A DNA stretch of 64,000 nucleotides from an uncultured Acidobacteriaceae bacterium. Lineage in GTDB: Bacteria; Acidobacteriota; Terriglobia; Bryobacterales; Bryobacteraceae. The position numbers and the translations under genes are program-made. The DNA lies in contig CAVUCO010000030.1 of assembly GCA_963740005.1 (NCBI GenBank), positions 81,232 to 145,231 on the forward strand. Direction: 5' to 3'. Positions 1 to 10,581 of the stretch are shown one piece after another; positions within the stretch are counted from its first letter, which is position 1; each line of letters starts with the position of its first letter. The notes beneath the pieces are model-generated. The model saw only the letters and a list, made by a program, of their open reading frames with translations. It was not told the origin of the DNA and ran no database searches.

Positions 1-2770
1 CGCCCGGAATACGGAACAGGGGTCTGGGCTCGCTAAACTCAAGCGCCCCCCGGACCGGCACGCCTTGGAGCAGATTGTCCAGGCCCAGGAAAAACAGTTC
101 ACTGCCATCGCCACGCCAGCGGACAAGCCAGGCTCCGTCTCGGGAAATCTGCCGTTTTTCACCCGCCACGTGCGGCGACGGCGTGGATTCGAATCTCTGA
201 ACGTAAACTTCCGGCCGGCCCGATTCGATTGAAACGAACGCGATCCGCTTGCCGTCTGGCGAGAAAGCAGTTCCCCATTGCGGAAATTTGTCCCGAAAGA
301 GCGGCACGAATTTGCGCTCCGTCACGTCCGCCAACCAGACCTCCCTCACTTCGCCCCCGAGACCGTCGTCCAGGGCGATGAATCGGCCGTCACGGGACCA
401 GTCGGTAGGCAAGGCGTGTGGCTGGGATTGCGCACCGACAGCGGCATCCACGAACGGCTGCCCCTTGCCGCTGGCCACGTCCACGATTGCGAGTTGCGGA
501 GGGCCAACCGCTGGCGAACTTCCGACAGCAAGCTGCGTTCCGTCGGGCGACCAAACCGGCCGGCGGTGAACCTCCGGAGGAAAGGTGACCCGCCGGCTCT
601 CTTTGCCGTTGGCATCGAAAATCCAAATCCCGGTCCCGCCGTTCTCCGAGGTCCAAACAGTTGCCGCAACGCGCTTCCCATTCCGCGAAGCCCGCACTTG
701 GCCCCACTGCGCTGCCGGTCGCCCGGCAGTGCCCGTTTCTTTGCCAGCGCGGTCGTACCATTTCAACTCCGCATTGGGAAAGCCGGCTTGATAGACCAGA
801 ACCCCATTACCGGAAACAGAGAAGTTCGCCGAAAGGACAGGGCCGTAGTAAGAGACATTCTGCGCGATCGGAAAAGGTTCGCCCGCGAGCCGGAGGTGGT
901 CCGCGTCGAAAGGTTGAGCGAGAAGACTAGCCCCGCGAATAAATAGTAAGGATCCTGCCTCGCCTGGGCGGAGCGGCGGCGCGTACTCAACCCGTGAATT
1001 CGTCTCCATCAGGGTCACCGGTTTGCCGGCGGCGTAGTCCATTGCTATGGCGTGGCTGAGCTTCGATTGCCCATCGTAGGCCGCATAGAGCAGACGATCG
1101 CCTCCTGGCAGGAATTGTGGCCAACGGAGGCCAGCAGCCGGCGAGACTTTCCGGATGCTGCCGTCCTCCGGGTGGAGTTCAAGAACATCGCCGGCGCCCA
1201 AGTAGAGCAGCAGGTCGCCGTTTGAACGCCACGAACCGAGCTGGACGATCTCGGGAAGCTCGGCCACCGAACGCCCGGAACCAGTTTCCAGATTCACCTG
1301 CTTGAGAGCGAGCTTCACAGAGTAATAGACGGAACGGCTATCAGGCGACCAGAACACCGACCATGCCCCTTCCGTGCCGGGCACCGGCCGCATCTCTGAC
1401 GAGGCCAGATCGCGTATCCAGACACTTGTACCGCTGGGGCCCGTCGCGGTGAAAGCAAGCCGCCTGCCATCCTGCGAAATGGCGAAGGGTTGCCGGGTAA
1501 TCGATGGCGCAAATATGGTCCCCGCGGGCGCGGGAATATCGAACTGCACCACCTGCCGTGGCGCCGGAGCGACGGGCCGCTGAAACCGCCAGAAGATCAG
1601 GCCGGCGGCCACCAACAGGGCCAAGATAACGAGGGGCGCAGCCATCCTCCGCGCCGGCTTCGCTCGCGGCAGGCTTGCCGTCGCAAGGTTTCCGGATCCG
1701 GACGCTTCGCCGCTCTGGCGCGTTAGCCGGCGCAGATCCACCACCAAGTCACGCGTCGATTGGTACCGCTCTTCGGGGGAGTTCTCAAGTGCCTTCGCAA
1801 CCAGCATCTGCAAAGGTAATGGAACGCCCGCACCAATTGGCGGAGCGGCGCCATGAATGATAGCTTGCAACAGTTCCAAACCGTTGGCACCCTGGAACGG
1901 CCTGCGTCCAGCCAGCAACTCGTAGAGCAAAACACCGAATGAGAAGATGTCGCTTCGGCTATCGGTAATCCGGCCGGAGGCCTGCTCCGGCGACATGTAG
2001 GCAATGGTCCCGAGGATGATTCCGCGGCGCGTGGTTTCCGATTCGAGGGTTCGGGTGACTGCCTCCGGCGAGGATTGCTCAACGATCTTTGCTAGCCCAA
2101 AATCGGCCAGCTTGGCGTACCCATTGCTCCCCACCAGAATGTTTTCGGGTTTGATATCGCGGTGCAGAATGCCGGCAGCATGGGCGGAGGCGAGGCCGTC
2201 GGCTACTCCCGCCAGCAAAGCGACGATCTCACGCCAGGACCGCTTTTGAGCGCAGGCCCACTCTTTGAGGCTGCCGCCGTCGATGAACTCGGTGACCAGG
2301 TACTGACGACCCTGGAAATCGCCGGCGTCATAAACCGTAAGAATGTGAGGATGATTGAGCGATGAAGCCATCTGCGCTTCCCGCTGGAACCGGCGGCGGG
2401 CCGCGGCATCCGCCAGATCGTCGAACAGAAACTTCACTGCGACCGGTCGGTTCAGCTTCGTATCGAGGGCCCGGTAGACCACGCCCATGCCGCCCTCGCC
2501 AATCACTCTCTCAATTCGATACGGGCCAAGCTGTGTGCCCGCTTCGAACCCGGCAAACTCTTTGATCTCGGCGCACTCTTGCAGATCGGTTCCTGTTCCC
2601 AGAAAGCTACCGGCGCGGTGATGCGCGGCCAAAAGTGATTTCACCTCTGCGCGGATCTCCGCTGGTTGCTGTGCCAGGTATGCTTCCCGTTGTTCCTGCG
2701 GCAGTTCCAGAGCGGAGCCCAGCACCTGCTCGATCTTTTCCCACTCGCGATTGTTGCCACTGGTGCTCAT
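1..2770 (-). CDS. Ser/Thr protein kinase with C-terminal TolB/PD40-like beta-propeller (runs off left window edge)
   Basis: Hand translation from ATG at 2770 shows IGEGGMGVVY, HRDIKPEN, DFGLAK and GTIAYMSPEQ. Propeller-like repeats near 1081-600 are in the same frame. ATGA overlap with the upstream ECF stop. Probably absent from the ORF track because its stop lies outside the window. Confidence 0.9.
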   Translation of the reverse strand, partial: MSTSGNNREWEKIEQVLGSALELPQEQREAYLAQQPAEIRAEVKSLLAAHHRAGSFLGTGTDLQECAEIKEFAGFEAGTQLGPYRIERVIGEGGMGVVYRALDTKLNRPVAVKFLFDDLADAAARRRFQREAQMASSLNHPHILTVYDAGDFQGRQYLVTEFIDGGSLKEWACAQKRSWREIVALLAGVADGLASAHAAGILHRDIKPENILVGSNGYAKLADFGLAKIVEQSSPEAVTRTLESETTRRGIILGTIAYMSPEQASGRITDSRSDIFSFGVLLYELLAGRRPFQGANGLELLQAIIHGAAPPIGAGVPLPLQMLVAKALENSPEERYQSTRDLVVDLRRLTRQSGEASGSGNLATASLPRAKPARRMAAPLVILALLVAAGLIFWRFQRPVAPAPRQVVQFDIPAPAGTIFAPSITRQPFAISQDGRRLAFTATGPSGTSVWIRDLASSEMRPVPGTEGAWSVFWSPDSRSVYYSVKLALKQVNLETGSGRSVAELPEIVQLGSWRSNGDLLLYLGAGDVLELHPEDGSIRKVSPAAGLRWPQFLPGGDRLLYAAYDGQSKLSHAIAMDYAAGKPVTLMETNSRVEYAPPLRPGEAGSLLFIRGASLLAQPFDADHLRLAGEPFPIAQNVSYYGPVLSANFSVSGNGVLVYQAGFPNAELKWYDRAGKETGTAGRPAAQWGQVRASRNGKRVAATVWTSENGGTGIWIFDANGKESRRVTFPPEVHRRPVWSPDGTQLAVGSSPAVGPPQLAIVDVASGKGQPFVDAAVGAQSQPHALPTDWSRDGRFIALDDGLGGEVREVWLADVTERKFVPLFRDKFPQWGTAFSPDGKRIAFVSIESGRPEVYVQRFESTPSPHVAGEKRQISRDGAWLVRWRGDGSELFFLGLDNLLQGVPVRGALEFSEPRPLFRIPG

Positions 2771-3342
2771 AAGGTGGCGTGTCCCTCGAGATAGCGGAAA
2801 AGCCAAGCCCTGGCAATCTTCCAGTCTCGCCGGACGGTCGCCTCGGTGGTCTTGAGAGCGGCAGCGATCTCCTTGGCCTGGAGACCGGCGAAGAAACGCA
2901 TTTCGACCACCTGGCATTTGCGGGCATCGAATGCCGCAAGCTGCTCCAGCGCACCATCCAGCGCGAGCAGATCGGATGGCTCGGCAACCGGAATGGTGAG
3001 CGCATCGTCGAGTCGCAGATGGATAGCGCCCGGTCCCCTTTTCTCCGCGTCGCGCCGGCGCGAGTAATCCACCAGGATCCGGCGCATCATGCGCGCTGAA
3101 ACCGCAAAGAAGTGGGCGCGGTCTTCCCACCGGGGTTCCTCCTGGCCGCAGAGACGGAGGTAAACTTCATGGACCAAGGCGGTGGTCTGCAGGGTGTGTC
3201 CCTCGCGTTCGCGGCGCAGATGATAATGCGCCAGGCGTCGCAAATCCTGATAGACGATTGGTACCAGTTGCTCCAACGCCTGTGCGTCCCCGCCGCTCCA
3301 TTGCTGCAACAGGCTGCTAACCCGGCTGCTGGGTTCCCCCAT
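2767..3342 (-). CDS. ECF sigma-70 factor, kinase-associated (TIGR02999-like)
   Basis: LQTTALVHEVYLRL, HFFAVSARMMRRILVD and region 4 VEMRFFAGL...TVRRDWKIARAWL; translationally coupled to the kinase. Confidence 0.92.
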   Translation of the reverse strand: MGEPSSRVSSLLQQWSGGDAQALEQLVPIVYQDLRRLAHYHLRREREGHTLQTTALVHEVYLRLCGQEEPRWEDRAHFFAVSARMMRRILVDYSRRRDAEKRGPGAIHLRLDDALTIPVAEPSDLLALDGALEQLAAFDARKCQVVEMRFFAGLQAKEIAAALKTTEATVRRDWKIARAWLFRYLEGHATL

Positions 3343-3566
3343 GTGGCTTCGGGGAATTTTATCATTTCACGGCGCGAAACAGGATTGCGCCGAAGCGGAC
3401 GAAATAAAAGCGTCCCACTGCTATCAATTTGCCGTACGCGTTGCGCTGTCTGAACTGAGGGTAAGAAAAGGCCACTCCAACGAAACAGCAGTTTTTTCGC
3501 TGGTCGTGGCCCAACCGAAATACCCCCAAGCTCATGCATCGTCTGTGAAGACAAACAGGAGGAAAC

Positions 3567-4976
3567 ATGAAATCCGCAGTGCTATTTTCCATGCCGGCGT
3601 TCAGCCTACTGATCGCGCTGGCAATCCCGGCGAGCCTCGGCGCGCAGGAACAATCAATGCAGCAACAGCGGTCGCCGCGGCCGCGCTATACCGTCATCGA
3701 CCTCGGTCCGGCGGGTAGTCCGTTTAGCCAAGCCACCTTCGTGAGTGACCATGGCTTGGTAACTGGTTTGGAGACCGCCCCTGACGGCACGCAGCACGCC
3801 GTCCTCTGGCACAGTGGCCGGATGACGGACATCAGCAAGCCCGGACTTGGAGGGCCCAACAGTGGAGCGGGCGGCGCCAACCGATTCGGCCAGGTGATCG
3901 GTCAGGCCGAGACTTCCCACACAGACCCAAATGATGAGAATTTCTGCGCTTACGGTACCGGCCTCCAATGCCTAGCGTTCCTGTGGCAAAACGGCTTGGT
4001 GACTCCCCTCCCTACGTTGGGAGGCACCAACGCCAGTTGGGGCGGGATTAACAATCTAGGTGAGGTAGCCGGTTATGCGGAGAAAAGCACTCGCGATCCA
4101 GAGGGGTGCGCAGTGGCACTCAACGGCACAGGGCCTCAGGTGCTCGATTTTGAAGCTGTGATATGGGGGCCAAGGCCAGGCGAGATCCGAGAACTTTCTC
4201 CGCTCCCCGGCGACACCGTCAGCGTAGCCTGTTCGATCAACGACCATGGCCAGACCGTTGGGATGTCCGGTTTGTGCAGCAACACTGTACTTCCTGGGCC
4301 CTCGGCTGGGCCGCACGCCGTGCTATGGGAAAAAGACGGCTCGGTCCATGATCTCGGTAGTCTCGGCGGAACGTCACATCCTGATGTGCTGGCGGTCGGA
4401 AATGTCGCACTCTCGATCAACAATCGAGGTCAAATCTCCGGTGTTTCGGCCTTACCTGAAAGCACGAGCCCCGGATGTCCCGGAGTTCCCTCGAACCCGC
4501 TTTGCTTTCCCTTTCACCCGTTCCTGTGGACCAAAGAGGAAGGTATGCAGGACCTGGGCGTGCTCCCCGGGGACTTTGTTGGCGCGGGCCTGGCCCTGAA
4601 CAACAAAGGCGAGGTGGTTGGTCCATCATTCAGCGCACCCGGCCCGACCTCTGGAAGCCCGCGTGCGTACCTGTGGCGCGACGGCGTGATGCACGACCTC
4701 AACGCACTTGTCCCGCCGGACTCGCCGTTGTATCTGCTCCTTGCCGACGGGATCAATGATGCTGGAGAAATTGCAGGTTTTGGCGTCGAGACAAGCACCG
4801 GCGACATTCACGCGTTCCTCGCCAAGCCATGCAATCGCGATCACGCTGACACAGACTGGTGCAAGGACAACGCCGACGGCGCAGCCGTGGAAACAGTCAG
4901 GACCGTAGGAAGGCCGATGCTACCCCTCTCGGAACATGCGCGCGCGCTACTTCTGCAGCATATAGGCCGTCACTAG
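3567..4976 (+). CDS. Secreted HAF-repeat (probable extracellular repeat) protein
   Basis: Signal peptide; repeated DLG.LGG / INNxGxVxG / HA(V/F)LW units; GDIHAFL. Confidence 0.85.
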   Translation: MKSAVLFSMPAFSLLIALAIPASLGAQEQSMQQQRSPRPRYTVIDLGPAGSPFSQATFVSDHGLVTGLETAPDGTQHAVLWHSGRMTDISKPGLGGPNSGAGGANRFGQVIGQAETSHTDPNDENFCAYGTGLQCLAFLWQNGLVTPLPTLGGTNASWGGINNLGEVAGYAEKSTRDPEGCAVALNGTGPQVLDFEAVIWGPRPGEIRELSPLPGDTVSVACSINDHGQTVGMSGLCSNTVLPGPSAGPHAVLWEKDGSVHDLGSLGGTSHPDVLAVGNVALSINNRGQISGVSALPESTSPGCPGVPSNPLCFPFHPFLWTKEEGMQDLGVLPGDFVGAGLALNNKGEVVGPSFSAPGPTSGSPRAYLWRDGVMHDLNALVPPDSPLYLLLADGINDAGEIAGFGVETSTGDIHAFLAKPCNRDHADTDWCKDNADGAAVETVRTVGRPMLPLSEHARALLLQHIGRH

Positions 4977-5168
4977 CACCACCCAGCAGGCGGGAGAAGC
5001 AGTCGAAATGGGGGAGAGGTCCACCCCCCCATAACGCCCGCGCGTTTACCAGCTTCTCCCACTCGGCAGAAAGTGGCGATGTCGAGAACTTGCGGCCGCC
5101 AGTCTCAAAACTGGCAGTTTCTGACACTTGTTACGGGCCGCGACGGCCCTCGTATGCTGAGGCCCAGC

Positions 5169-6329
5169 TCACTCGCCGAGCAGCTTCCCGTAAGGGCGCA
5201 TGGACTCGACGTTATCGAAGACCGCCTTGATCGCAGCCGTGATCGGAATCGCTAACAAGAGGCCGATGCCACCCCACATCGCGCTCCAAAACATGAGCGC
5301 AATGGTGACAACCAGGGGATTCAAATGCACGCGTCGTCCCACCACTTTGGGATAAAGAAAGTTCAAGCCCACCAGGTGCAGCGTCGTGATGAACGAAACC
5401 AGAATCAGGATGGTCCAGCCCTTGGTGGGGACAGCCAACGCTGCCATCAGCGGCGGTACGATCGCTAGCGGGAGTCCGACATACGGAGCCAGGCTGAAGA
5501 AACCGCTAAGAGGCGCGACAATGGCCCAGTACGGCACCCCCAGCAGGAAGAATCCCAGTGCGCTGGCGCCGCTGAGAAACAGCCCCAAAATGAAGTTACC
5601 GAGAACATACGCACGGGTCAGTTCACCCACGTTTGCCAGGCTCTTGCCGACCATGTAACGCTCTTCTCCACGGAAGAGCTGCAGCACACTTTTCCGTACG
5701 TGGTCGCTCCAGCTGAGCATGAAGTAGACCAGGAAAGGAATGAAGGAAAGCATCAGTATGGCGTGGAAGTATTGGGACATGTAGCCGTACATGATGGCGA
5801 TGGCCGGCCTGGGTTCAGCGTGGATCTTAACTTCCTGGACAACCGGAGCCGGCTGATCGACAGGCAAGCCCGCCTTCCGCCGCCGGTTCTTCGCTGCATC
5901 CGCGGGTTTCTGCTGGATTTGCTCATCCTGATCGCGCAGCTTCTTTGGCAGCACTTTGTCCACAGTCGATTTCTCAATGTCTTCCAATTCGTCGCTGGTC
6001 TTGTCGAAGAGCTCATTCATGCGTGCTGAATAAGCGGGCAAGTCTTGGGTGAGGTGCGAGAACTGATGCCAGACAACTCCACTGAGGGCGTAGAGAGCCA
6101 AAATCGACAAGCCAATCACGACACCTGCCGCAGCCGGCCGAGGCAACCGTAAGCGCATCGCCAATTCGACGATCGGATCCAGAATGAACGCGAACATCGC
6201 CGAGATGATCAAGGTGATGAAAAAGCCGCGTCCATAGTAGAGAAGCGCCACCAAGGCTGCTAGTCCGAGCGACGTGATGCCGAATTGAACGGCTTTCTGA
6301 GCCGGTAGATACGGAGAGAGTATTGCCAC
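5169..6329 (-). CDS. AI-2E (PerM) family transporter
   Basis: Multi-TM; FILDP, PYVG and PKVVGRRVHLNP...WGGIGLLLAIP motifs. Confidence 0.9.
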   Translation of the reverse strand: MAILSPYLPAQKAVQFGITSLGLAALVALLYYGRGFFITLIISAMFAFILDPIVELAMRLRLPRPAAAGVVIGLSILALYALSGVVWHQFSHLTQDLPAYSARMNELFDKTSDELEDIEKSTVDKVLPKKLRDQDEQIQQKPADAAKNRRRKAGLPVDQPAPVVQEVKIHAEPRPAIAIMYGYMSQYFHAILMLSFIPFLVYFMLSWSDHVRKSVLQLFRGEERYMVGKSLANVGELTRAYVLGNFILGLFLSGASALGFFLLGVPYWAIVAPLSGFFSLAPYVGLPLAIVPPLMAALAVPTKGWTILILVSFITTLHLVGLNFLYPKVVGRRVHLNPLVVTIALMFWSAMWGGIGLLLAIPITAAIKAVFDNVESMRPYGKLLGE

Positions 6330-6419
6330 AACGAAACGGCCGCGCGCCCACCAAAATCGCGCGCAGTGTGCAGGCCGTGAAGCCTAGATATGGTTACTCT
6401 AACACGCAGACCCTATAAT

Positions 6420-6938
6420 TTGAGTTTGCCGAACTCAACTCTGATCGCTCCGGTTGGCCGCATCCTTGCACTGGACGTGGGAAAGAAGCGCATAGGTCTC
6501 GCGATAAGCGACGAACTGGGATTTACGGCACAAGGGCTGGAGACGCTACACCGGTCTCGCATCCGTGAAGACCTCGCTGGACTTGCCCGGCTCGCCCGCG
6601 AGAAGAATGTCGCGACAATCCTGGTCGGCAAACCTCTGCACATGAGCGGCTCGGTCAGTCGGCAGAGTGTCTACACGGAAGAGTTTGCAGAACGGCTCCG
6701 CGAGTGGACGGGATTGCCCATCGTTTTTTGGGATGAGCGTCTCACAACCGTCGAAGCGGAGCGAGTTCTGCGCGAAGGCGGAGCCACGCTCGAGGAAAGT
6801 AAACGCGCGGTCGATCGGATGTCGGCGGTCCTGTTGCTGGAAAGCTACCTGGAAAACCAGCGGATCTGTGCCGAATCCGAGGCGGATCCGGGTCCGGCCG
6901 AAGGCGGCCATGAGGATGAGGGCCCGGCCATTGGCTAA
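6420..6938 (+). CDS. ruvX: YqgF/RuvX RNase H-fold nuclease
   Basis: ILALDVGKKRIGLAISD, DERLTT and AVDRMSA motifs; start codon uncertain. Confidence 0.93.
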   Translation: MSLPNSTLIAPVGRILALDVGKKRIGLAISDELGFTAQGLETLHRSRIREDLAGLARLAREKNVATILVGKPLHMSGSVSRQSVYTEEFAERLREWTGLPIVFWDERLTTVEAERVLREGGATLEESKRAVDRMSAVLLLESYLENQRICAESEADPGPAEGGHEDEGPAIG

Positions 6939-7995
6939 CTTTCGAGGCTGTCTGGTACGCGTCATATTGCTGGGCTTGTTGGGCCTTGCTGCGGTTGCCG
7001 GCGCGCTTGCTTATTTGTGCTTCACCCCTTATCGGAACCCCGCTAAGCCCAGGGTCGAGCTGGGACGCGCAGAGGGCGCGGCCCGGTCCTTTGCAAGCGG
7101 AAGTTTCCTCGAGATTGAGCGCGGCACCAGTACATCCGCCATCGCGAAGGCGCTCGAAGAACAGGGCGTGGTCCGGTCGCAATATCTGTTTCTACTGGTG
7201 CGTGCCCTGCAGCCTCGGGCTCACCTGCAGGCTGGGGATTATCTTTTCGACCGCCCGCTCTCGCCCGTGGACGTCTTCGACAAGATCCGCCGCGGCGAAG
7301 TCTTCTTCGAGGAACTGCGCGTGCCGGAAGGCAGCAACATGTTCGACATTGCCGCGCTGCTGCGCAATTTGAACTCCGCCAAGCCCGAGGATTTTCTAAA
7401 AGTGGCGTCGGATCCGCAAATGATTATCGATCTTGATCCCAGCGCTCCCGACCTTGAAGGCTATCTCTTTCCGTCCACTTATCACGTGACACGCCAAACC
7501 ACGGCCACGCAATTGTGCCGTTTGATGACGGAGCAGTTTCGAAAAGTGTGGTCGGCCGCGGGCGGTGAGCAACGCAAAGCCGACATCCACAAAATCGTCA
7601 CCCTGGCATCGTTGGTCGAGAAGGAGACGGCCATTCCGGCTGAGCGCCCCGAAGTGGCGGCCGTTTTTGAGAACCGCTTGAAGATCGATATGCCGCTGCA
7701 ATGCGACCCGACCACGGTGTACGCCGCACTGCGCGAGAACCGCTACAAGGGCGTCATTCACAAATCAGACCTGGCCAGCGCAAATCCCTACAACACCTAT
7801 GCGCATCCCGGCCTGCCGCCCGGTCCTATTGCAAATCCGGGGGCGGCATCCTTGAACGCCGCCTTGCATCCGGCCGATGTCGACTATCTCTATTTCGTGG
7901 CCAAGGCGGATGGATCCGGGTCACACCAGTTTTCCTCCGGCCTGTCCGACCATGCGCGAGCAGTCGAAGCGTACCGTAAGCGTACGGGCAAATAG
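6931..7995 (+). CDS. mltG: Endolytic transglycosylase MltG (YceG)
   Basis: N-terminal TM; LEGYLFPSTY, ASLVEKET, LQCDPT and YNTY..PGLPPGPIANPG; probable TTG start at 6931. Confidence 0.95.
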   Translation: MANFRGCLVRVILLGLLGLAAVAGALAYLCFTPYRNPAKPRVELGRAEGAARSFASGSFLEIERGTSTSAIAKALEEQGVVRSQYLFLLVRALQPRAHLQAGDYLFDRPLSPVDVFDKIRRGEVFFEELRVPEGSNMFDIAALLRNLNSAKPEDFLKVASDPQMIIDLDPSAPDLEGYLFPSTYHVTRQTTATQLCRLMTEQFRKVWSAAGGEQRKADIHKIVTLASLVEKETAIPAERPEVAAVFENRLKIDMPLQCDPTTVYAALRENRYKGVIHKSDLASANPYNTYAHPGLPPGPIANPGAASLNAALHPADVDYLYFVAKADGSGSHQFSSGLSDHARAVEAYRKRTGK

Positions 7996-7997
7996 TT

Positions 7998-10481
7998 TTA
8001 CGGCCGCTGTTCGGTACTCTCCGAGCCTGAAAGCAAGGGAATCCACTCCTCCTGATCGCCGATGGGCTGGCCCGGTGGCGCTTCCAACGGATGGGGCAGG
8101 TTTAACGATTTCGGATCACGCCCGAATTTCTCCAGCATCAGCAGCGTATAGCGGCCCTGAGCTTTTGTCTCCGCGTCGGCGCTTTGTGCCAAAACCGCAG
8201 CCTGCCGCTTTACATCATCCAGATGCGAGGTAGCAATGGCGCGAACTTGCGCCGGTGCCGCGCCATTGTCAGCCAGCGCCATCAGGTATTGGATGACCAC
8301 GAAACGGGTGCTTCTAACCACCTCCGATCCCAGTCCTGCCGGGGTGTTCGCTCCCCAGGTTGCCGCTACCAGCTTCGTAATCACTTCGTCCAAACCCGGA
8401 TTGTCTGGCGACTGTGCATGATATTGAACCAACCGCGCTGCCCGCTCGGGATTAAGAATTAAACTCACCGTAAGGTTGGCCGAGGCTTCGGCTCCCGCTA
8501 ACGGATCGAACGTCAGCCCGGTGCGGAACGGGAAGGTTTCGCGAGTTCGAGGATAATCGGGTGGCCGGGGAGGAATCAATACCAGAATCCGGTCGGGGAG
8601 CGTCAGGGTCTCCGGCTTGATCGTCTCGAGCAGTGCAGCCAAGGCTCGTCGCTGTTCGGCGGCCGGCACAATCTTGGTAATGGGCTGCCCGTCACCCCGC
8701 AGCGCATACGTGTACTCGTTTCCACCTAACACCTTGCTGGCCGCTTCGGTCTGATAGCGGCACAGGAAATACAACGGGACCAATACTTCATCCAACGTAC
8801 TCAGCGGCGCGCCTGTCTCAATGTTGTTTTCCCCGAACCGCGAAAGCGCAGCGGCCCGGATCTTCATCAGCCGATTCAGTTCATCCACTGCATTGGGGCC
8901 GTTATCCCAGAGATGCGACTTGGGATGCGCACTGCCAAACGGCCGGCTGTCTGCGTCCGTAATAAACGTGTCGCCTGTCGCAGCCGCGTCGAGAATAATT
9001 TTGTTCAGCGCCGCGTGCTCGTCCGTGCCCGGCGCGAACTGCGAATACCCGTAGGCGATTGAAACCTTGTCCCACTCTCCTATGCCTTTCGCGTAAGCGT
9101 CCGATAGGTCCACGGTTCCATCGGCAGAAAGCTTGAGCAGCGGAAACGGATAATCCATCACGGAGGCGCGGTTGTGGGTGCTGGCGAGGTAGTTGTGCTC
9201 CAAGCCCAGCGTGTGGCCTACTTCGTGCGCAGCCAATTGCCGTAGACGCGCATAGACCGCCTGCGTCATGGCGTCATGCGTATGGGAACCGGCCGCATGC
9301 GGCGCCAGCAAGCTTTCAAAAATCAAGTAGTCCTGCCGCCCGCGCAACGACCCCAGAGTGACAATACCCTTGATAATCTCGCCGGTGCGTGGATCCGACA
9401 GGCCCGACCCATATGACCATCCTCGGGTAGAACGGTGCACCCACTGGATGATGTTGTATCGAACATCCATCGGGTCGGCATCCGGCGGTAGAACCTTCAC
9501 CTGGAAGGCATTCCGGAACCCAGCCGCCTCGAAGGCCTCATTCCACCAACTTGCTCCCTCAAGCAACGCCTTCTGAACATCCGGAGGAGCCCCCGAGTCC
9601 ACGTAGTACACGATCGGCTTGACCGGCTCGCTGACGGCAGCCGTCGGGTCTTTCTTTTCCAGCCGGTGACGGGCGATCATGCGCTTCATGACGGGCTGAT
9701 CAAGGGGAGCGGCAAAGTCCATGTAGTTGATCCCGAAGTAGCCTGCGCGGGGATCCTGGGCTCGCGGCTTGTAGTTTCCGTCCGGCAGTTCCACCAGCGA
9801 TTGATGCTCGCGCACCGTGATGCTATCCGGGCTGGGCACCACATCCCTCACGAATTGGCCGGCCGGCTCGCCAGTGAGCGTGATGGTCATCTCTACTTCG
9901 GTATTCTTCGGGAACCCTTTGGTCATGGGCAGGTAGAACGCGCAGCGCGTTGGGTCCACCTTGTAGGTGCCCTGTTTCGTCATTGAAAGCTGCTGGGAAA
10001 CACCTGCCGCATCGCGCAAGAAGAACGCCGTGGCGTCCACCAGCACAACCGGTCCGTCCTGGGCCGCGACGTCAAAGCCCCACGCCGCGGAGCGAGCAAA
10101 GGCTTGATCGGCTGCGCGCCGCTCCGATGGATTTTCGCTGACGGCACGGAATCCATAGTTCGATTCGATCAGTAGCACGCGTGGGCCGCTGCGCTCGAAT
10201 TGGACTACTTTAGGCTCGCGCATCAGGCCGCGGTCCAGCCCGATATCATTCGATCCAACACCGGCCGGCAGAGAGTTAACGTACAAGAACTCCCGGTTCC
10301 ACCGGCTGATCTCCATCCAGATCTTTCCGCCTTTTTCATCCCAGTAGATCGGCACGAATCCATCGATCTTCTGAAATCCTGCCACCTTTTTCTCGATGGA
10401 CGGCAGATCGCCCGCAGCCGGCTGACCCACGGCTAATAACGACGAACTCAACAGTAAACTGATTGCAAATATGGGTCTCAT
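7998..10481 (-). CDS. Secreted zinc-dependent metalloprotease (DUF5117/DUF4953-type)
   Basis: Signal peptide from MRPIF; HEVGHTLGLEHN zinc motif and SVMDY Met-turn. Confidence 0.9.
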   Translation of the reverse strand: MRPIFAISLLLSSSLLAVGQPAAGDLPSIEKKVAGFQKIDGFVPIYWDEKGGKIWMEISRWNREFLYVNSLPAGVGSNDIGLDRGLMREPKVVQFERSGPRVLLIESNYGFRAVSENPSERRAADQAFARSAAWGFDVAAQDGPVVLVDATAFFLRDAAGVSQQLSMTKQGTYKVDPTRCAFYLPMTKGFPKNTEVEMTITLTGEPAGQFVRDVVPSPDSITVREHQSLVELPDGNYKPRAQDPRAGYFGINYMDFAAPLDQPVMKRMIARHRLEKKDPTAAVSEPVKPIVYYVDSGAPPDVQKALLEGASWWNEAFEAAGFRNAFQVKVLPPDADPMDVRYNIIQWVHRSTRGWSYGSGLSDPRTGEIIKGIVTLGSLRGRQDYLIFESLLAPHAAGSHTHDAMTQAVYARLRQLAAHEVGHTLGLEHNYLASTHNRASVMDYPFPLLKLSADGTVDLSDAYAKGIGEWDKVSIAYGYSQFAPGTDEHAALNKIILDAAATGDTFITDADSRPFGSAHPKSHLWDNGPNAVDELNRLMKIRAAALSRFGENNIETGAPLSTLDEVLVPLYFLCRYQTEAASKVLGGNEYTYALRGDGQPITKIVPAAEQRRALAALLETIKPETLTLPDRILVLIPPRPPDYPRTRETFPFRTGLTFDPLAGAEASANLTVSLILNPERAARLVQYHAQSPDNPGLDEVITKLVAATWGANTPAGLGSEVVRSTRFVVIQYLMALADNGAAPAQVRAIATSHLDDVKRQAAVLAQSADAETKAQGRYTLLMLEKFGRDPKSLNLPHPLEAPPGQPIGDQEEWIPLLSGSESTEQRP

Positions 10482-10581
10482 GTATTGGATATCCAGGCAC
10501 TTTAAAAAAGAAGAACAATCTTTCACGACAAAACAGCCATAACTGACTATATGTGGTAGCTTACTTGGACGAGAACGTGCG

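Noticed and set aside
249-2565. Many short ORFs in the track
   Set aside because: Alternative frames over the long kinase gene.
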